Positions 8,878 through 18,107 of a DNA stretch of 34,342 nucleotides are shown here, piece by piece. The notes below the pieces were generated by a model. The model ran no database searches. It was not told where the DNA came from and worked only from the letters and a program-made list of their open reading frames with translations. The stretch's first letter is position 1. Every line of letters begins with the position of its first letter. The DNA is from Candidatus Krumholzibacteriota bacterium (lineage in GTDB: Bacteria; Krumholzibacteriota; Krumholzibacteriia; LZORAL124-64-63), in assembly GCA_039714075.1 (NCBI GenBank), contig JBDLKA010000032.1, positions 1 through 34,342 of the forward strand, given 5' to 3'. Made by a program: the position numbers and the translations under genes.

Positions 8878-9312
8878 ATGGACAACAGCCCGATCCCCGA
8901 CAATCCCTCCGACGAGGGCATCCGGGAAATCCTCGGTGGAATGAAACGTATCGCGGTGGTGGGGATTTCTGCCAAGCCCGAAAGGGCGAGCCACGGTATC
9001 GCCCGCTTCCTGGTCGGCCAGGGATTCGAGGTCGTCGGCGTCAACCCCGTGCTCAAGGAGGATGTCCTGGGCATCAGGATCTATTCCTCCCTGACCGAGG
9101 TTCCCGGATCCGTCGACGTGGTGAATGTCTTCCGGCGCAGTGACACCGTACCGCCGGTCGTCGATGAAGCCATCGCCATGAAGGCTGGTGCGGTATGGAT
9201 GCAGGAGGAAGTCGTTCATGAAGAAGCCGCGGCCAAGGCCCGGGCCGCCGGGCTGGATGTCGTCCAGGACCGCTGCCTCTACAAAGAGTGGCTGCGGCTG
9301 ATGAACGGTTGA
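8878..9312 (+). CDS. CoA-binding protein (YccU-like)
   Basis: Motifs IAVVGISAKPERAS, VNP, VDVVNVFRRS, VWMQEEV and VVQDRC. RBS AGGAAGGA. Confidence 0.9.
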   Translation: MDNSPIPDNPSDEGIREILGGMKRIAVVGISAKPERASHGIARFLVGQGFEVVGVNPVLKEDVLGIRIYSSLTEVPGSVDVVNVFRRSDTVPPVVDEAIAMKAGAVWMQEEVVHEEAAAKARAAGLDVVQDRCLYKEWLRLMNG

Positions 9313-9316
9313 CCGG

Positions 9317-10375
9317 GTGAGAGACCTCAAGGCAAACGAATTGATTCACCTGCCGTGCAATCTCGTAACCGGCGCCCTGGGTTTCGTAGGCGGACACCTG
9401 GTGCGCAGCCTAGTGTTGGCCGGCCACCCGGTGGTGGGGCTGGACAGATATTCCCGGACCGAAGATCTCCCGCAAACCATCGGGCAGTTCACCCTGTCCG
9501 GGCCGGCGGCCGACTGGCCCGGCGCCATGGTCTACACAGCGGACTTCGGCAGTTTTTTCTACGTGCCCTGCCCCCTCGAAGAGGCGGCGCCGATCGCCCG
9601 CCTGCTGAACAGGCTCCGCCCGGTCATGGTCTATCACCTGGCCGCCCAGAGTTCCGCCGCCGTTTCCTTTCGCGACCCCGGCGGCACTTTTTCCGCCAAC
9701 GTCCAGGGCACCCTGAATCTCCTCGAGGCGGTGCGCGCCATCCCCGATGTGGAACGTCCGGCCGTCCTGTCGATCGGCTCCTGCGAGGAATACGGACCCC
9801 AGCCCGAGGAAGCCTATCCCCTGCGGGAGGACACCCCGCTGAATCCCTTGTCCCCCTACGGCGTCAGCAAGGTCGCCCAGACGCTGCTTTGCCGGCAGTA
9901 TGTCCGTTCGTATGATCTGCCCGTGGTCATGGCACGTTCCTTCAGCCACACCGGCCCCGGGCACGACACCCGGTTCGCCTTCCCCAACTTCGCCCGGCAG
10001 ATCGCCGCGGCCGAAGCCGGCACAGGGCCTGCTGAAATCCTTACGGGCGATCTGTCGCCGGTGCGGGATTTTCTCGATGTCCGCGATGTCGTGACCGCCT
10101 ACCGCCTGCTGCTCAAGGAAGGGCGGCCGGGAGAAATTTATCACGTAAGTTCGGGGATTCCTTTGACGATAAGTCAGGGACTCGAGATATTGGTGGGCGA
10201 CGCGAAATGCCCCATATCCATCCGCCGCGATCCGGGGCTCTGCCGGCCCTCGGACACGCCGTTCATGGTGGGTGACAGTTCCAAGTTGAAACGGGATACC
10301 GGGTGGGAACCCGAGTGGGAGATCCAGGACACCCTCACCGAGCTGCTGGAAGCGGCCCGAAAGGAATTTCAATGA
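9317..10375 (+). CDS. NAD(P)-dependent sugar epimerase/dehydratase, GDP-mannose dehydratase/Rmd-like
   Basis: VTGALGFVG nucleotide-binding motif, HLAAQSS, GSCEEYG, YGVSK (YxxxK), HTGPG and RDFLDVRDVV. GTG start 4 nt after the previous stop. Confidence 0.88.
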   Translation: MRDLKANELIHLPCNLVTGALGFVGGHLVRSLVLAGHPVVGLDRYSRTEDLPQTIGQFTLSGPAADWPGAMVYTADFGSFFYVPCPLEEAAPIARLLNRLRPVMVYHLAAQSSAAVSFRDPGGTFSANVQGTLNLLEAVRAIPDVERPAVLSIGSCEEYGPQPEEAYPLREDTPLNPLSPYGVSKVAQTLLCRQYVRSYDLPVVMARSFSHTGPGHDTRFAFPNFARQIAAAEAGTGPAEILTGDLSPVRDFLDVRDVVTAYRLLLKEGRPGEIYHVSSGIPLTISQGLEILVGDAKCPISIRRDPGLCRPSDTPFMVGDSSKLKRDTGWEPEWEIQDTLTELLEAARKEFQ

Positions 10376-11697
10376 TACGAATCTGCATGGTCGGCACCGG
10401 ATACGTCGGCCTGGTATCGGGCGCGTGCATGGCCGACTTCGGCCACCGCGTGACCTGCGTGGACATCAACGAAGAGCGCATCCAGGGACTGGTCAAAGGC
10501 ATCATTCCCTTTTACGAGCCGGGCCTCGATCGCCTGGTCCTGAAAAACGTGGAAGAACAGAGACTGTTTTTCACCACCAGTCTGGCCGAGGGCATGAAGG
10601 ATGCCGACATCGTTTTCATCGCGGTGCAGACGCCCATGTCCGAAAACGGTGAAGCCGACCTGAAGTACGTCATGAAGGTCGGCGAGGAGATCGGTGAACT
10701 GCTCGATCGCTACATGGTGGTCGTGACCAAGAGCACTGTTCCGGTGGGGACCAACCGTGCCCTCAAGAAGGTCATCGCCTCCAAGCTGAAGGCCGACGTG
10801 GAATTCGACATGGCCAGCAATCCCGAGTTCCTGCGCGAAGGCTCCAGCATCGAGGATTTCATGCGCCCGGACCGGGTGGTCATCGGCGTCGAATCGGAGC
10901 GGTCCGAGGAACTGATGCGCGAGATCTACCGGCCGCTGTACCTGAGCGACACGCCCATGGTCAAGACCGGCATCGAAACCGCGGAACTGGTAAAATACGC
11001 TTCCAACAGTTTTCTGGCCGTCAAGATCTCCTTCATCAACGAGATCGCCAAACTGGCCGAGGCCGTGGGCGCGGACGTTTTCGACGTGGCCAAGGCCATG
11101 GGGCTGGACAAACGCATCGGGCGCAAATTCCTGCATCCGGGCCTGGGCTTCGGCGGCAGTTGCCTGCCCAAGGACACCAACGCCATCGTCCACATCGCCG
11201 AGGAAGCCGGTAGCGAGATGTCCATCGTCAAGTCGGCCATCGCGGTCAACCGGGACATCCCCGGGCGGGCCATCGTCAAGGCTGAAAGGCTGGTCGGAGA
11301 CCTGTCGGGGAAAACAGTGGCCCTGCTGGGGCTTTCCTTCAAGCCCAACACCGATGACATTCGCTCGGCGGCCAGCCTTGATCTGGTCGACCTCTTGAAG
11401 GCCAAAGGCTGCCGCCTGCTGGCGCACGATCCGGCCGCCATGGAGAACTTCAAGCAGGTTCATCCGGACCTCAACTACTGCCAGTCACCCTACGAGGCCT
11501 GCGAAGGCGCCGACCTGGCCATCCTGGTCACCGAGTGGAACCAGTACCGGCAGCTCGACTTCAACTGGTTGTCCGAGGCGATGGCAGGAAAAGCTTTCCT
11601 GGACTGCCGAAACGTGTATGATCGTCCCCACCTGGAAAAATTCGGATTCAAGTACGACTGTTTTGGCCGGGCGGATCACTCCTCCCCCACCAGTTGA
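10372..11697 (+). CDS. ugd: UDP-glucose/GDP-mannose 6-dehydrogenase
   Basis: Start MIRICMVGTGYVG overlaps the previous stop (ATGA). Motifs KSTVPVGT, SNPEFLREG, GFGGSCLPKD (catalytic Cys) and FKPNTDDIR. Confidence 0.93.
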   Translation: MIRICMVGTGYVGLVSGACMADFGHRVTCVDINEERIQGLVKGIIPFYEPGLDRLVLKNVEEQRLFFTTSLAEGMKDADIVFIAVQTPMSENGEADLKYVMKVGEEIGELLDRYMVVVTKSTVPVGTNRALKKVIASKLKADVEFDMASNPEFLREGSSIEDFMRPDRVVIGVESERSEELMREIYRPLYLSDTPMVKTGIETAELVKYASNSFLAVKISFINEIAKLAEAVGADVFDVAKAMGLDKRIGRKFLHPGLGFGGSCLPKDTNAIVHIAEEAGSEMSIVKSAIAVNRDIPGRAIVKAERLVGDLSGKTVALLGLSFKPNTDDIRSAASLDLVDLLKAKGCRLLAHDPAAMENFKQVHPDLNYCQSPYEACEGADLAILVTEWNQYRQLDFNWLSEAMAGKAFLDCRNVYDRPHLEKFGFKYDCFGRADHSSPTS

Positions 11698-11704
11698 GGA
11701 TTTC

Positions 11705-12853
11705 ATGGCTGCGAAAAACAACAAGCGGGTCGGCCGCTACGACCTGATCACGCCCATGCTTCCGTGCAAGGACGAGATCCTGGACAAATTCGAGAAGTTC
11801 CTCATGTCGGGGCATTACATCCTGGGTGACGAGGTGCGTCTGCTCGAGGAGGAACTGGCCGCGGCCTGCGGCGTGGTCGACGCCGTCGGCGTGGCCTCCG
11901 GATCCTCGGCCCTGTTCGTGGCCCTGGCCATGGCGGGTGTCCGGCCGGGCCACGAGGTCATCACCACCCCGTACACCTTCGACGCCACCATGGAATCCAT
12001 CATCCTGCTGGACGCGGTCCCGGTTTTCGTGGATATCCGGCCCGAGGATCTGAACATCGATCCCGGCAGGATCGAGCAGGCCATCACCCCGAAGACGCGG
12101 GCCATCATGCCGGTGCCCATCTTCGGCGCTCCGTGTGACATGAATCCCATCAACGAGATCGCCGCCGCCCACGGCCTGGAAGTGGTGGTGGACATGGCCC
12201 AGGGCTACGGGACCCTCTACGACGGCAAACCCATGGGATCCTTCGGCCGCATGAGCACCCTGAGTTTCTATCCGACCAAGAACCTGCCCGGCATCGGGGA
12301 CGGCGGCATGGTCCTGTGCCGTGACCAGCGGGACGCCGACCGGATCCGGAAAATCCGCGCCCACCAGGCCGTCCGGGCCAACGACCGGCTTTACACCGGG
12401 TGGAACAGCCGGCTGGACGAGATCCAGGCCATGGTCATCCGGGTCCGCCACGGCCGCTTTGCCGAGGAGCAGGGCGACCGGGACCAGGTCGCCGCCATCT
12501 ATGACGGCTACATTCCGCCGCAACACCGTCTGCAGTTCCCCACCGGTGACGCGGGCATGAAGGTGACCCATCACCAGTACTGGGTCCGCTGCACACGGCG
12601 CGACCAGCTGCGGAACCTGCTGGATGCCGAAGGAATCGACACGGCCGTCTACTACGACCCGCCCCTGCACCGCCATGAACTGGCCGAATACTCGCGCGCG
12701 GGCGGCGGGTTGGAGGAAGCCGAACGGGCCGGCCGTGAAGTCCTGATTCTTCCCATCCACGCGGCCCTTCCCTTCGAGGACGCCCACCGCATCGGAAAAA
12801 CCGTCCAGGAATTCCTGGCCGCCGAAGAAAAATCCGCCAGCAACCAAGGCTGA
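11705..12853 (+). CDS. DegT/DnrJ/EryC1/StrS family PLP-dependent sugar aminotransferase
   Basis: ATG 11705 after GAGGA. Motifs DMAQG, SFYPTKNL (PLP lysine), GDGG, NSRLDEIQA and LILPI. Confidence 0.92.
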   Translation: MAAKNNKRVGRYDLITPMLPCKDEILDKFEKFLMSGHYILGDEVRLLEEELAAACGVVDAVGVASGSSALFVALAMAGVRPGHEVITTPYTFDATMESIILLDAVPVFVDIRPEDLNIDPGRIEQAITPKTRAIMPVPIFGAPCDMNPINEIAAAHGLEVVVDMAQGYGTLYDGKPMGSFGRMSTLSFYPTKNLPGIGDGGMVLCRDQRDADRIRKIRAHQAVRANDRLYTGWNSRLDEIQAMVIRVRHGRFAEEQGDRDQVAAIYDGYIPPQHRLQFPTGDAGMKVTHHQYWVRCTRRDQLRNLLDAEGIDTAVYYDPPLHRHELAEYSRAGGGLEEAERAGREVLILPIHAALPFEDAHRIGKTVQEFLAAEEKSASNQG

Positions 12854-12867
12854 AAAGAGGTTCCAGT

Positions 12868-14049
12868 TTGAAGTCCCGGGTTTTGAGTTTCGGCAGCCTC
12901 GCCTCACCCCTGGCCAGAAACCAGACCCAGGCCGTCATCGACCGCATCCAGGAACGCCAGCCCCGCCTGACCTGCCAGTTGAACATCTGGGATTCGCCGA
13001 TCCCACCGGGGGCCAACGCCGACGAACCGTTTGTCGCCGCCAGCCGCGGGGAAATGGAATTCCTGGAGAAACAGTTGCTGAGCGAGCAAGCGCGCCTCGT
13101 GGTGGTCGAAGCCGCCGACATGGTCCTGCCCCTGCCCGAGAATCTCGCGGTCATCTGCGTGCCGGACCGGGCCACCCCTTTCGACGCCTACCTCAACCGC
13201 CAGGGCCTGATCATGGACGAGATGGACCCGGGCAGCTGCGTCGGCGTCCTGTCCATGCGGTCGCGGTCCCAGATGCAGTCCCTGTGGCCGGATATCTCCT
13301 TTCGCATTCTTCGCGGCGGCGTCGACCTGGCCATGGAAATCCACCTGCGCCGTTCCGAAATCGACGGGTTGGTTCTGCCGGCCGCGGTCACCGAACATCT
13401 CGGCATCCAGGGAATCGTCGCGGAGATCTTCGCCCCCGAATTCATTCTGCCCGGCCCGGGACAGGGCACGCTGGTGATTCTCGGCCGCGCCAACGACATG
13501 GAAGCCCGGGACCTGCTGGCCGATCTCCATTCGGTCGCCACGGCCGTCGAACTGGAAACCGAGCAGGCCTTCTGCCGACGCATGATTTCGGACCAGGACC
13601 TTCCCGTCGGCGCCCTGGCGCGGGTCGCCGGCGGCGAAGTCGTCATCACCGGCACCACCGGACCGGGGACCAAACGCATCGCCGTCAACGGCGAGACCCA
13701 CGAGGCCGTGGCGGTGGGCAGCGGTCTCGCGGAGCAGATCCTCTCGCGCGGGGAATCCTTCGCCGATCTTCTGGAAGCCGATTTTCCCGACGGCCTGCCG
13801 GACGAGAACAACGAGGACGTTTCCATCCTCGAGGAAATTCCCGTCGACTCCCAGGACCCCGGCAACGATGAAGAGGACTGGGATGCGAAAGGGTCCGACG
13901 GCGAGGCGGCCTTGTCGGGCCTGGATGAAGATCTGGATGAGCTCGAGAACCTGAAAAGGCTGGAAGACATGGCCGGCATCGAGAAAGCGCCCGCCGTTGC
14001 CGAGGACGAAGACAACGAAGACCTGGGCATGTTCCACGACGAGGAATGA
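12868..14049 (+). CDS. HemC (porphobilinogen deaminase)-like protein, catalytically degenerate, with acidic C-terminal extension
   Basis: Collinear with HemC over about 300 aa (SPLA, LRG, PGPGQG, PVGA, G..LAEQIL). The cofactor Cys and several Arg are missing. TTG start after GAGG. Confidence 0.8.
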   Translation: MKSRVLSFGSLASPLARNQTQAVIDRIQERQPRLTCQLNIWDSPIPPGANADEPFVAASRGEMEFLEKQLLSEQARLVVVEAADMVLPLPENLAVICVPDRATPFDAYLNRQGLIMDEMDPGSCVGVLSMRSRSQMQSLWPDISFRILRGGVDLAMEIHLRRSEIDGLVLPAAVTEHLGIQGIVAEIFAPEFILPGPGQGTLVILGRANDMEARDLLADLHSVATAVELETEQAFCRRMISDQDLPVGALARVAGGEVVITGTTGPGTKRIAVNGETHEAVAVGSGLAEQILSRGESFADLLEADFPDGLPDENNEDVSILEEIPVDSQDPGNDEEDWDAKGSDGEAALSGLDEDLDELENLKRLEDMAGIEKAPAVAEDEDNEDLGMFHDEE

Positions 14050-14086
14050 TCCCCGCCCTAATTCCCTGCCTCGCCGAGAACCCTTT

Positions 14087-15010
14087 TCAGGCGCCCGCCA
14101 GGTCTTTGGCGATGCGCGCGGCGGTGAAGGGGTCGCGCATCTGGGCGGTGCCCACCTGGACGGCGACCGCTCCGAGGGCGAAGAATTTCAAGGCATCCCG
14201 GCAATCCCCGATGCCCCCCACGCCGACCACCGGCACCTTGGCCCGCGACACGATTTCATCAACCTTGGCCAGGGCGATGGGACGAATCGCCGGTCCGGAG
14301 TAGCCCCCGAATCTCCGGGGCAGAACGGGCCGTCCCGATTCCAGGTCCACTTCCAGGCCCACCACCGTATTGATGGCGCTTACCGCATCGGCCCCCGCTT
14401 CGGCCGCGGCGGTGGCCAGGGAACTGATATCGGTGATGTTGGGGGTCAACTTGGCCAACAGGGCCCGATCGGGAAGGTAGCGGCGGGCGGCCCCGACGCA
14501 GGCGGCCACCGTGACGGGGTCGCGGCCGAAATCATGTCCACCCTCGGCCACGTTGGGACAGCTGAGATTGATCTCCACTCCGTGCCAGTGGGCCAACCCG
14601 GACGCGACCTGGTGCAATCGGGAAACCATGTCCCCGAATTCCTCCGGTCGCGTGGCCGCCAGGCTGACCACCGTGGGGACACCCTGCTCTTCCAGTGCGG
14701 GCAGGGTTTCGGCCAGGAACTCGTCGAAGCCCACGTTTTCCAGTCCGATGCTGTTCAGGGCCCCTTCGGCGGTCTCCACCAGGCGCGGCATGGGGTTGCC
14801 GGACCGGGCCTGCGGGGTCACGGTCTTGGTGACCACGGCCCCCAATCCCTGATAGGGCGAGGTGAAACCCTCCGCTTTCATCTCGTGACCGGTCAGTCCG
14901 TAGGCGAAGCATCCGGAGGCGGTCCAGATGCGGCCGGGAAACTGCCGTGGCCCCAGGGTGAAAGCAGCGGTCGGGTCTATGGTCCACCAGCCGGGAAGCG
15001 CCAAGGTCAT
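14087..15010 (-). CDS. pyrD: Dihydroorotate dehydrogenase family 1B, catalytic subunit
   Basis: Motifs KTVT, LNSIGLEN, EINLSCPNV, KLTPN, GGYSGPAIRP and VGVGGI. Adjacent to pyrK. Confidence 0.93.
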   Translation of the reverse strand: MTLALPGWWTIDPTAAFTLGPRQFPGRIWTASGCFAYGLTGHEMKAEGFTSPYQGLGAVVTKTVTPQARSGNPMPRLVETAEGALNSIGLENVGFDEFLAETLPALEEQGVPTVVSLAATRPEEFGDMVSRLHQVASGLAHWHGVEINLSCPNVAEGGHDFGRDPVTVAACVGAARRYLPDRALLAKLTPNITDISSLATAAAEAGADAVSAINTVVGLEVDLESGRPVLPRRFGGYSGPAIRPIALAKVDEIVSRAKVPVVGVGGIGDCRDALKFFALGAVAVQVGTAQMRDPFTAARIAKDLAGA

Positions 15011-15051
15011 TCCTCTTCGGTTATTGGTTGTCGGCTACCTGTTGCCGGTGA

Positions 15052-15885
15052 TCAACTATCCGGCCAGGCCAGATCCGCGGCATTGAAAACCGGGCCTTCC
15101 TCGCAGCAGGTGGCGTTGCGCACCTGGCCGGGACCGCGGGACGTATCGTGCACCGGCACCACGCACCCCTTGCAGACTCCGTACCCGCACCCCATGTGTT
15201 CCTCCAGGGAAAGCCAGCAGGTCCAGCCGCGTTCGGCGGCCAGCCGGGAGGCGGCTTTCAAAAGGGGCGTCGGACCGCAGGCCAGGACCATGGTGCTCTT
15301 GCCGCCGCCAATATCCTCCCGGGACGCCGCCAATTCCGTGACCAGCCCCTGCCACGGCCGGCGACCCTCCGGGATGTCCCGCAGGGAATCCACGCTCACT
15401 TCCCAGCGGTCCCCCAGCAGATCCCACGGCACGTCGGCGCCGTCGCGCGCGCCGAAAAAGGCGTCGATTTTCAACCCGGACCGTCCGGCATGGCGGTCCA
15501 TCCAGGCCGCCAGCGGGGGAAGTCCCACACCCCCGGCGATCAGAACCACGGCCTGGTCCTTTTCAGGCTGAGGGAAGGGTCGACCCAGGGGGCCCAGAAA
15601 AGCCAGCGGAGCTCCGGCTGTCAGGGCGCCCAGCGCGCGCGTGCCCCGGCCCACGATGCGGTACAGAAACGACATCCGGCGGTCGATCGCCTCGTAAATG
15701 GAAAAAGGGCGGCTGAAAACCAGGGAATGATCACCAGCCAGGTTGAGCATGGCGAATTGCCCCGGCTGAAAGGTAAGAGGGGAATCCAAATCCACCGAGA
15801 GTTCATGGAGGCCGCTGGAAACAGGAATGTTGGCCGTCACCACACCCTCACAGCGGATGGCAGGCGTCACGGGCAGATCAATCAT
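15052..15885 (-). CDS. pyrK: Dihydroorotate dehydrogenase electron transfer subunit
   Basis: Motifs RPFSI, GPLG, AGGVG, ACGP and the [2Fe-2S] motif MGCGYGVCKGC...CCEEGPVF. Confidence 0.93.
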   Translation of the reverse strand: MIDLPVTPAIRCEGVVTANIPVSSGLHELSVDLDSPLTFQPGQFAMLNLAGDHSLVFSRPFSIYEAIDRRMSFLYRIVGRGTRALGALTAGAPLAFLGPLGRPFPQPEKDQAVVLIAGGVGLPPLAAWMDRHAGRSGLKIDAFFGARDGADVPWDLLGDRWEVSVDSLRDIPEGRRPWQGLVTELAASREDIGGGKSTMVLACGPTPLLKAASRLAAERGWTCWLSLEEHMGCGYGVCKGCVVPVHDTSRGPGQVRNATCCEEGPVFNAADLAWPDS

Positions 15886-15917
15886 GGGCTGAGGCCCACC
15901 CTTCCGTTGAATCAGGA

Positions 15918-17984
15918 TCAGCGCAGGAAATCCCAGTTATCATCCTTTTTCTTCTTCTTTTCATCCTCTTTTTCGTCTTCGTCCTCTTTTTCGTCTTCAT
16001 CCTTCTGGTCCTTCTCTTCATCCTGCTGGTCGGCCCCGTCCTGCGACCCATCCTCCGACTTCTCCCCGGCTCCTTCGGGACCCGTCTCCAATTCGCCGGC
16101 CGACCGGTCCTCACCCCCGAGGGCGGGCTGGGCTCCCGCGGGCAAGGCCTCTCCAGCAGGTCCACCCGGGTCCGCGCCGGTCACCGCGCGCAAGGAATCA
16201 GCCGCCGCGCGGGTCTCCATGTCCTGGACCGCTGCTTCCAAGGCCTGTGTCTGCCTGGCCTGGGCAGCCAGGACGGCCGTTTCCGGCGGTTCGAACAGGA
16301 TGTTGTCCCGGCGGGAAAGATAGACCATGCGCCGGCGGACTCCATTCATGCCATTGGTCAACCCCAGCAGGGTGGAACCGAAATCGGATTCCTCGCTCAG
16401 GGCAGCCCTCTCTTCATCGCTGAGATTCGCCAGGTTTTCCTGCTGTCTGGTTTCCTGCATGGCCAGGAGGTATCCCAACAGATTGTCGTCCTGATGGGAG
16501 CGAACCTCGAAGGCCTGGGGGGACTCGGGATATCTTTCGGCGAGTTCGCGGGAGAAGATCGCCGCCGAATCCGGATTGTCCAGATACCTGTCATAGGCAA
16601 CGTAGGCCCCGAACAGGGCGCGGGCGGCCACCGTACTGTCGGCCGCGGTATCGGCGGCGGCCTGGATATAGAGATCGGCCGCCACGCCGGGCCGGTCGAA
16701 ACCGAACATCATGGAGTTCGCCTGCAGGACCTTGAGGCCGGGGATGCGGTCGGCCTTGGCATCGGGCAACGCGGCCTCGGCCGCGAGATAGTCCTTGAGG
16801 TTGTCGCCCAGACGCCGGGTGCGGTCTTCATCGTCAAGCTCATCGCGTCTGAGAAGCGCGGTCTGGAAATGGGTCCTGGCCTGTTCCCAATCGCCGCGTT
16901 CGAGAAAAAGGTAGCCCAGCAGATCCGAAGCCCGGGCCTTGACCACCGGGGTCTCCCATTCAACCGGCATGTTTTCCAGAAGAGGCGACGCCTCGTCACC
17001 TTTTCCCTGGGCCACCAGGCTTTCCGCCTCGACCAGAAGGACCTCACCCTGGGCCTGGTACACCGAAGCCTGATCCCTCAACTCGGTCAGCAGCAGGTCG
17101 GCCATCTCGAAGTCGCCCATGCGAACATGCACCCTGGCCCTGAGCAGTTTCGACCTGAAACCCAGATCCGCGCTGGAAGTATTGGCGCTGACCTCCTGGA
17201 GGACATCCGCCGCCTTGGTGTAATCCTCCATTTCCCAGTAGCACTCGGCCAGCTTCAGGCCGATCCGGTCCCGTTCCCCGATTTCGGAATCGAGCTCCAG
17301 GTAGGCGCGGTAGCTTTCCGCGGCCGCTTCCCAGTCCTCCAGGACAAAGGAATTATCCCCGCTCACCTTGCGGGTTTCCGCCTGGAAATTGCTTTCCGGG
17401 TAGAGCTTCGCCAGGCGATCGAGGTATTCCTGGCTGCGGTCCAGGGCCCCGATCAGGAGGTAGTCCAGGGCGGTCAGGTACAAGGCCTCTTCGAGATAGG
17501 GCGTCTGGGGAAAGTTGGTGAACAGGAGGTCGAACTTGCGGATGGACATCCGGTACGATTCAAGCCGGTAGTAGGCCTTCGCCTGGAGAAAAAGCGCATC
17601 GTCCGTGAGGCTGTGGCCCGGATATTCGTCCAGGACCTTCTGCGCTTTCTTGATGGCGATTTCGTAGTCCGTTTTCTGGGGACCGACAGGCTTGGGTGGA
17701 TCCTTGTGCTGGCGGATGGCCTCGTTGCGGACATGTTCGGCGTTGTTGAATTTCTTCTGGGCGTTGTAGAAAGTGTTGTACTTGGCGCAACCGACCAGAA
17801 ACAGGATCAAGACCAGCATACCGAAAGGCCACAGCAGCCGGGCCGTCCTGTTTCGCGGACGGAATGACCCTTTCAAGCCTGCTGTTCCGGACACAGTTCC
17901 GGACACACCCGCGCCCCGGCCCGACAGGCCTGTGTCATTGGCGGCGGAAGCCCTGGTATTGTTACTACGCTGTGAGTTCACCAC
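15918..17984 (-). CDS. Large TPR lipoprotein (BamD-like repeats; possibly SprE/PorW-like) with charged low-complexity tail
   Basis: Lipobox FLVGC followed by AKYNTFYNA. TPR units with YP turns (EYPGHSLTDDALF, NFPQTPYLEEALY, LYPESNF, RYPESPQA). D/E/K-rich C-terminus. The exact start is uncertain because the n-region is long. Confidence 0.8.
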   Translation of the reverse strand: MVNSQRSNNTRASAANDTGLSGRGAGVSGTVSGTAGLKGSFRPRNRTARLLWPFGMLVLILFLVGCAKYNTFYNAQKKFNNAEHVRNEAIRQHKDPPKPVGPQKTDYEIAIKKAQKVLDEYPGHSLTDDALFLQAKAYYRLESYRMSIRKFDLLFTNFPQTPYLEEALYLTALDYLLIGALDRSQEYLDRLAKLYPESNFQAETRKVSGDNSFVLEDWEAAAESYRAYLELDSEIGERDRIGLKLAECYWEMEDYTKAADVLQEVSANTSSADLGFRSKLLRARVHVRMGDFEMADLLLTELRDQASVYQAQGEVLLVEAESLVAQGKGDEASPLLENMPVEWETPVVKARASDLLGYLFLERGDWEQARTHFQTALLRRDELDDEDRTRRLGDNLKDYLAAEAALPDAKADRIPGLKVLQANSMMFGFDRPGVAADLYIQAAADTAADSTVAARALFGAYVAYDRYLDNPDSAAIFSRELAERYPESPQAFEVRSHQDDNLLGYLLAMQETRQQENLANLSDEERAALSEESDFGSTLLGLTNGMNGVRRRMVYLSRRDNILFEPPETAVLAAQARQTQALEAAVQDMETRAAADSLRAVTGADPGGPAGEALPAGAQPALGGEDRSAGELETGPEGAGEKSEDGSQDGADQQDEEKDQKDEDEKEDEDEKEDEKKKKKDDNWDFLR

Positions 17985-18107
17985 TTACCTTCACTTGGCC
18001 GGTGGGGCGGTCGGCTCCGGCCGGTTTCCCGACCCCTTGGCGATACCCGCCCCGGGAGTCGACACCCCCTTGGAAGTGCAATATCCGTTCCGGTCGAACC
18101 GCGGCTT

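Noticed and set aside
12868..14049. Calling this gene a functional hemC or a pseudogene
   Set aside because: Key catalytic residues are missing, so hemC is unsupported. The frame is intact with an RBS, so pseudogene is also unsupported.
17884..17907. 12-bp tandem duplication GTTCCGGACACA x2
   Set aside because: Only two in-frame copies (VSGT VSGT) in a poorly constrained N-terminal region, with no sign of phase variation.
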